DNA of 63,195 nt, the filler included, from Octopus bimaculoides (taxonomy: Eukaryota), in the NCBI RefSeq assembly GCF_001194135.2. It is 3 parts of 3 records of this genome, joined end to end, with 100 filler letters (N's around TTAATTAATTAA, not from the genome) between each part and the next. Parts side by side here need not be neighbours in the genome. Positions count along the whole stretch, not along the records: positions 57,110 to 63,195 come from NC_069005.1; 2 more parts are not named here. One strand, written 5' to 3'. The notes beneath the pieces were generated by a model. That model was not told where the DNA came from. It saw only the letters and a program-made list of their open reading frames with translations, and made no database searches. Position numbers and translations under genes: made by a program. This document shows, piece by piece, positions 62,168 to 63,195 of this stretch; within the stretch, counting starts at the first letter, position 1, and each line of letters opens with the position of its first letter.

Positions 62168-62666
62168 GTTGGCGCTTTTCTGGTTGCGGTCTTGGATATC
62201 TGAGTTTGCAGCAGCACTCTCATTCCAGAGAGCAATGTTCTAGTGAAGACATGAAGCACAACCTAAAAATTAACATGAAATAAATGTGAGCGAAAAATCT
62301 TTGAGATCGGGAAGAGCTAATGGAGATATTCCGCTAAGGATGCTACATGTTTGAGGAAAGGCAATTTAAACATGTTAGAGCTGGAACAACAGCTGCAAAT
62401 ACGGTTCCTGTTGGTAGGTTCTTTCGAAATAAGGCTTCATTTATCACATGAAATCATACGCCCGTGCTTGCTCGCGATTATCACATGAAATCATGCCCGT
62501 GCTTGCTCGCGATTATATAGATATCTAAAATAGCGAAAGCATGGTCTATATTAACAAGCCGTCACTCGCCTGTAGAGTATGGCCTATACTTTGCCATACT
62601 CTACTATACTATACTGTGGGGAGTCGTGTGTGTGTGCGTGTGAAACATTTGGTAGAATAAACTTAC

Positions 62667-62836
62667 GTGCGGAATTAGAATAATCATGGCTGTACCATAG
62701 AGACAACTGGCACCCATACCTACAAGGAACTGCAGACCTCTGGTGAAGTAAGGAGAGTCCATAAACGGTACCAAGATACTCCCGATCATGGAAACGGTAC
62801 AGACCAGTAGGGAGAAACCAATTCCATACATCCATG
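62667..62836 (-). CDS. SLC39 transporter exon (TM1-TM2): WMYGIGFSLLVCTVSMIGSILVPFM...LYGTAMIILIPH
   Basis: Matches LIV-1 family W.YG...S..G..LVP and L.G.A...LIP pattern; CAG acceptor, GTAAGT donor; 170 nt, phase 1/0. Confidence 0.9.
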
Positions 62837-63195
62837 CTGCCAGGGACAGAAATTAATACAAATCAGGGATTATCATTATTATTATTATTATATTTAAAAA
62901 AAGGATTGACGTAACTCTTCACGAAGGTAAATAGTCAAAACGAAGAGCGCGATTTTAGATGTTTTATTTTTTGAACAACATTTCGACAGAACGTCTGTCT
63001 TTCTCAAGTTCAAACCAAAAGGTGATTGAAAATTCAAAATTTCAGAAACCAAACGTAGACTATGAACGTGAGTAATCAGCGTCCATACGTTGATAGAATG
63101 ACATCATCAGCTTTTGTCAGTTTTTTAATAAGCAGAAAGAAAGAAAGAAAAAGGAAGACGACAGAAAAAGAAAAGAAAAAGAGAGAAAGAAGAAT

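Overview
AT-rich, repeat-dense animal genomic DNA with N-gaps; the repeat families and (TA/CA/GAT/GATA)n microsatellites look like an octopus genome (taxon is my inference from recognised repeats). Two synthetic 100-bp spacers (N44-TTAATTAATTAA-N44 at 31828-31927 and 57010-57109) split the window into three joined pieces, so adjacency across them is unproven. Piece 1 (1-31827) has no securely identified host gene, only decayed transposons (Tc1, mariner, hAT/Buster, RTE, R4/Dong, CR1-like, Penelope), SINEs, MITEs and Penelope-type hammerhead ribozyme motifs. Piece 2 (31928-57009) holds a minus-strand GH18 chitinase, assembled by hand from 10 phase-compatible exons, with an intact DxxDxDxE motif, a signal peptide, an upstream in-frame ATG exon, and a stop codon overlapping a splice donor followed by a 20-nt microexon. 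Piece 3 (57110-63195) holds three minus-strand exons of a ZIP8/ZIP14-type (SLC39) metal transporter. The most interesting signal is a tRNA-headed, hammerhead-carrying retroelement with a fold-back 5' junction lying in sense just upstream of a chitinase splice acceptor, alongside several other hammerhead-bearing repeat families. All alignments and folds were done by eye; no searches were run.
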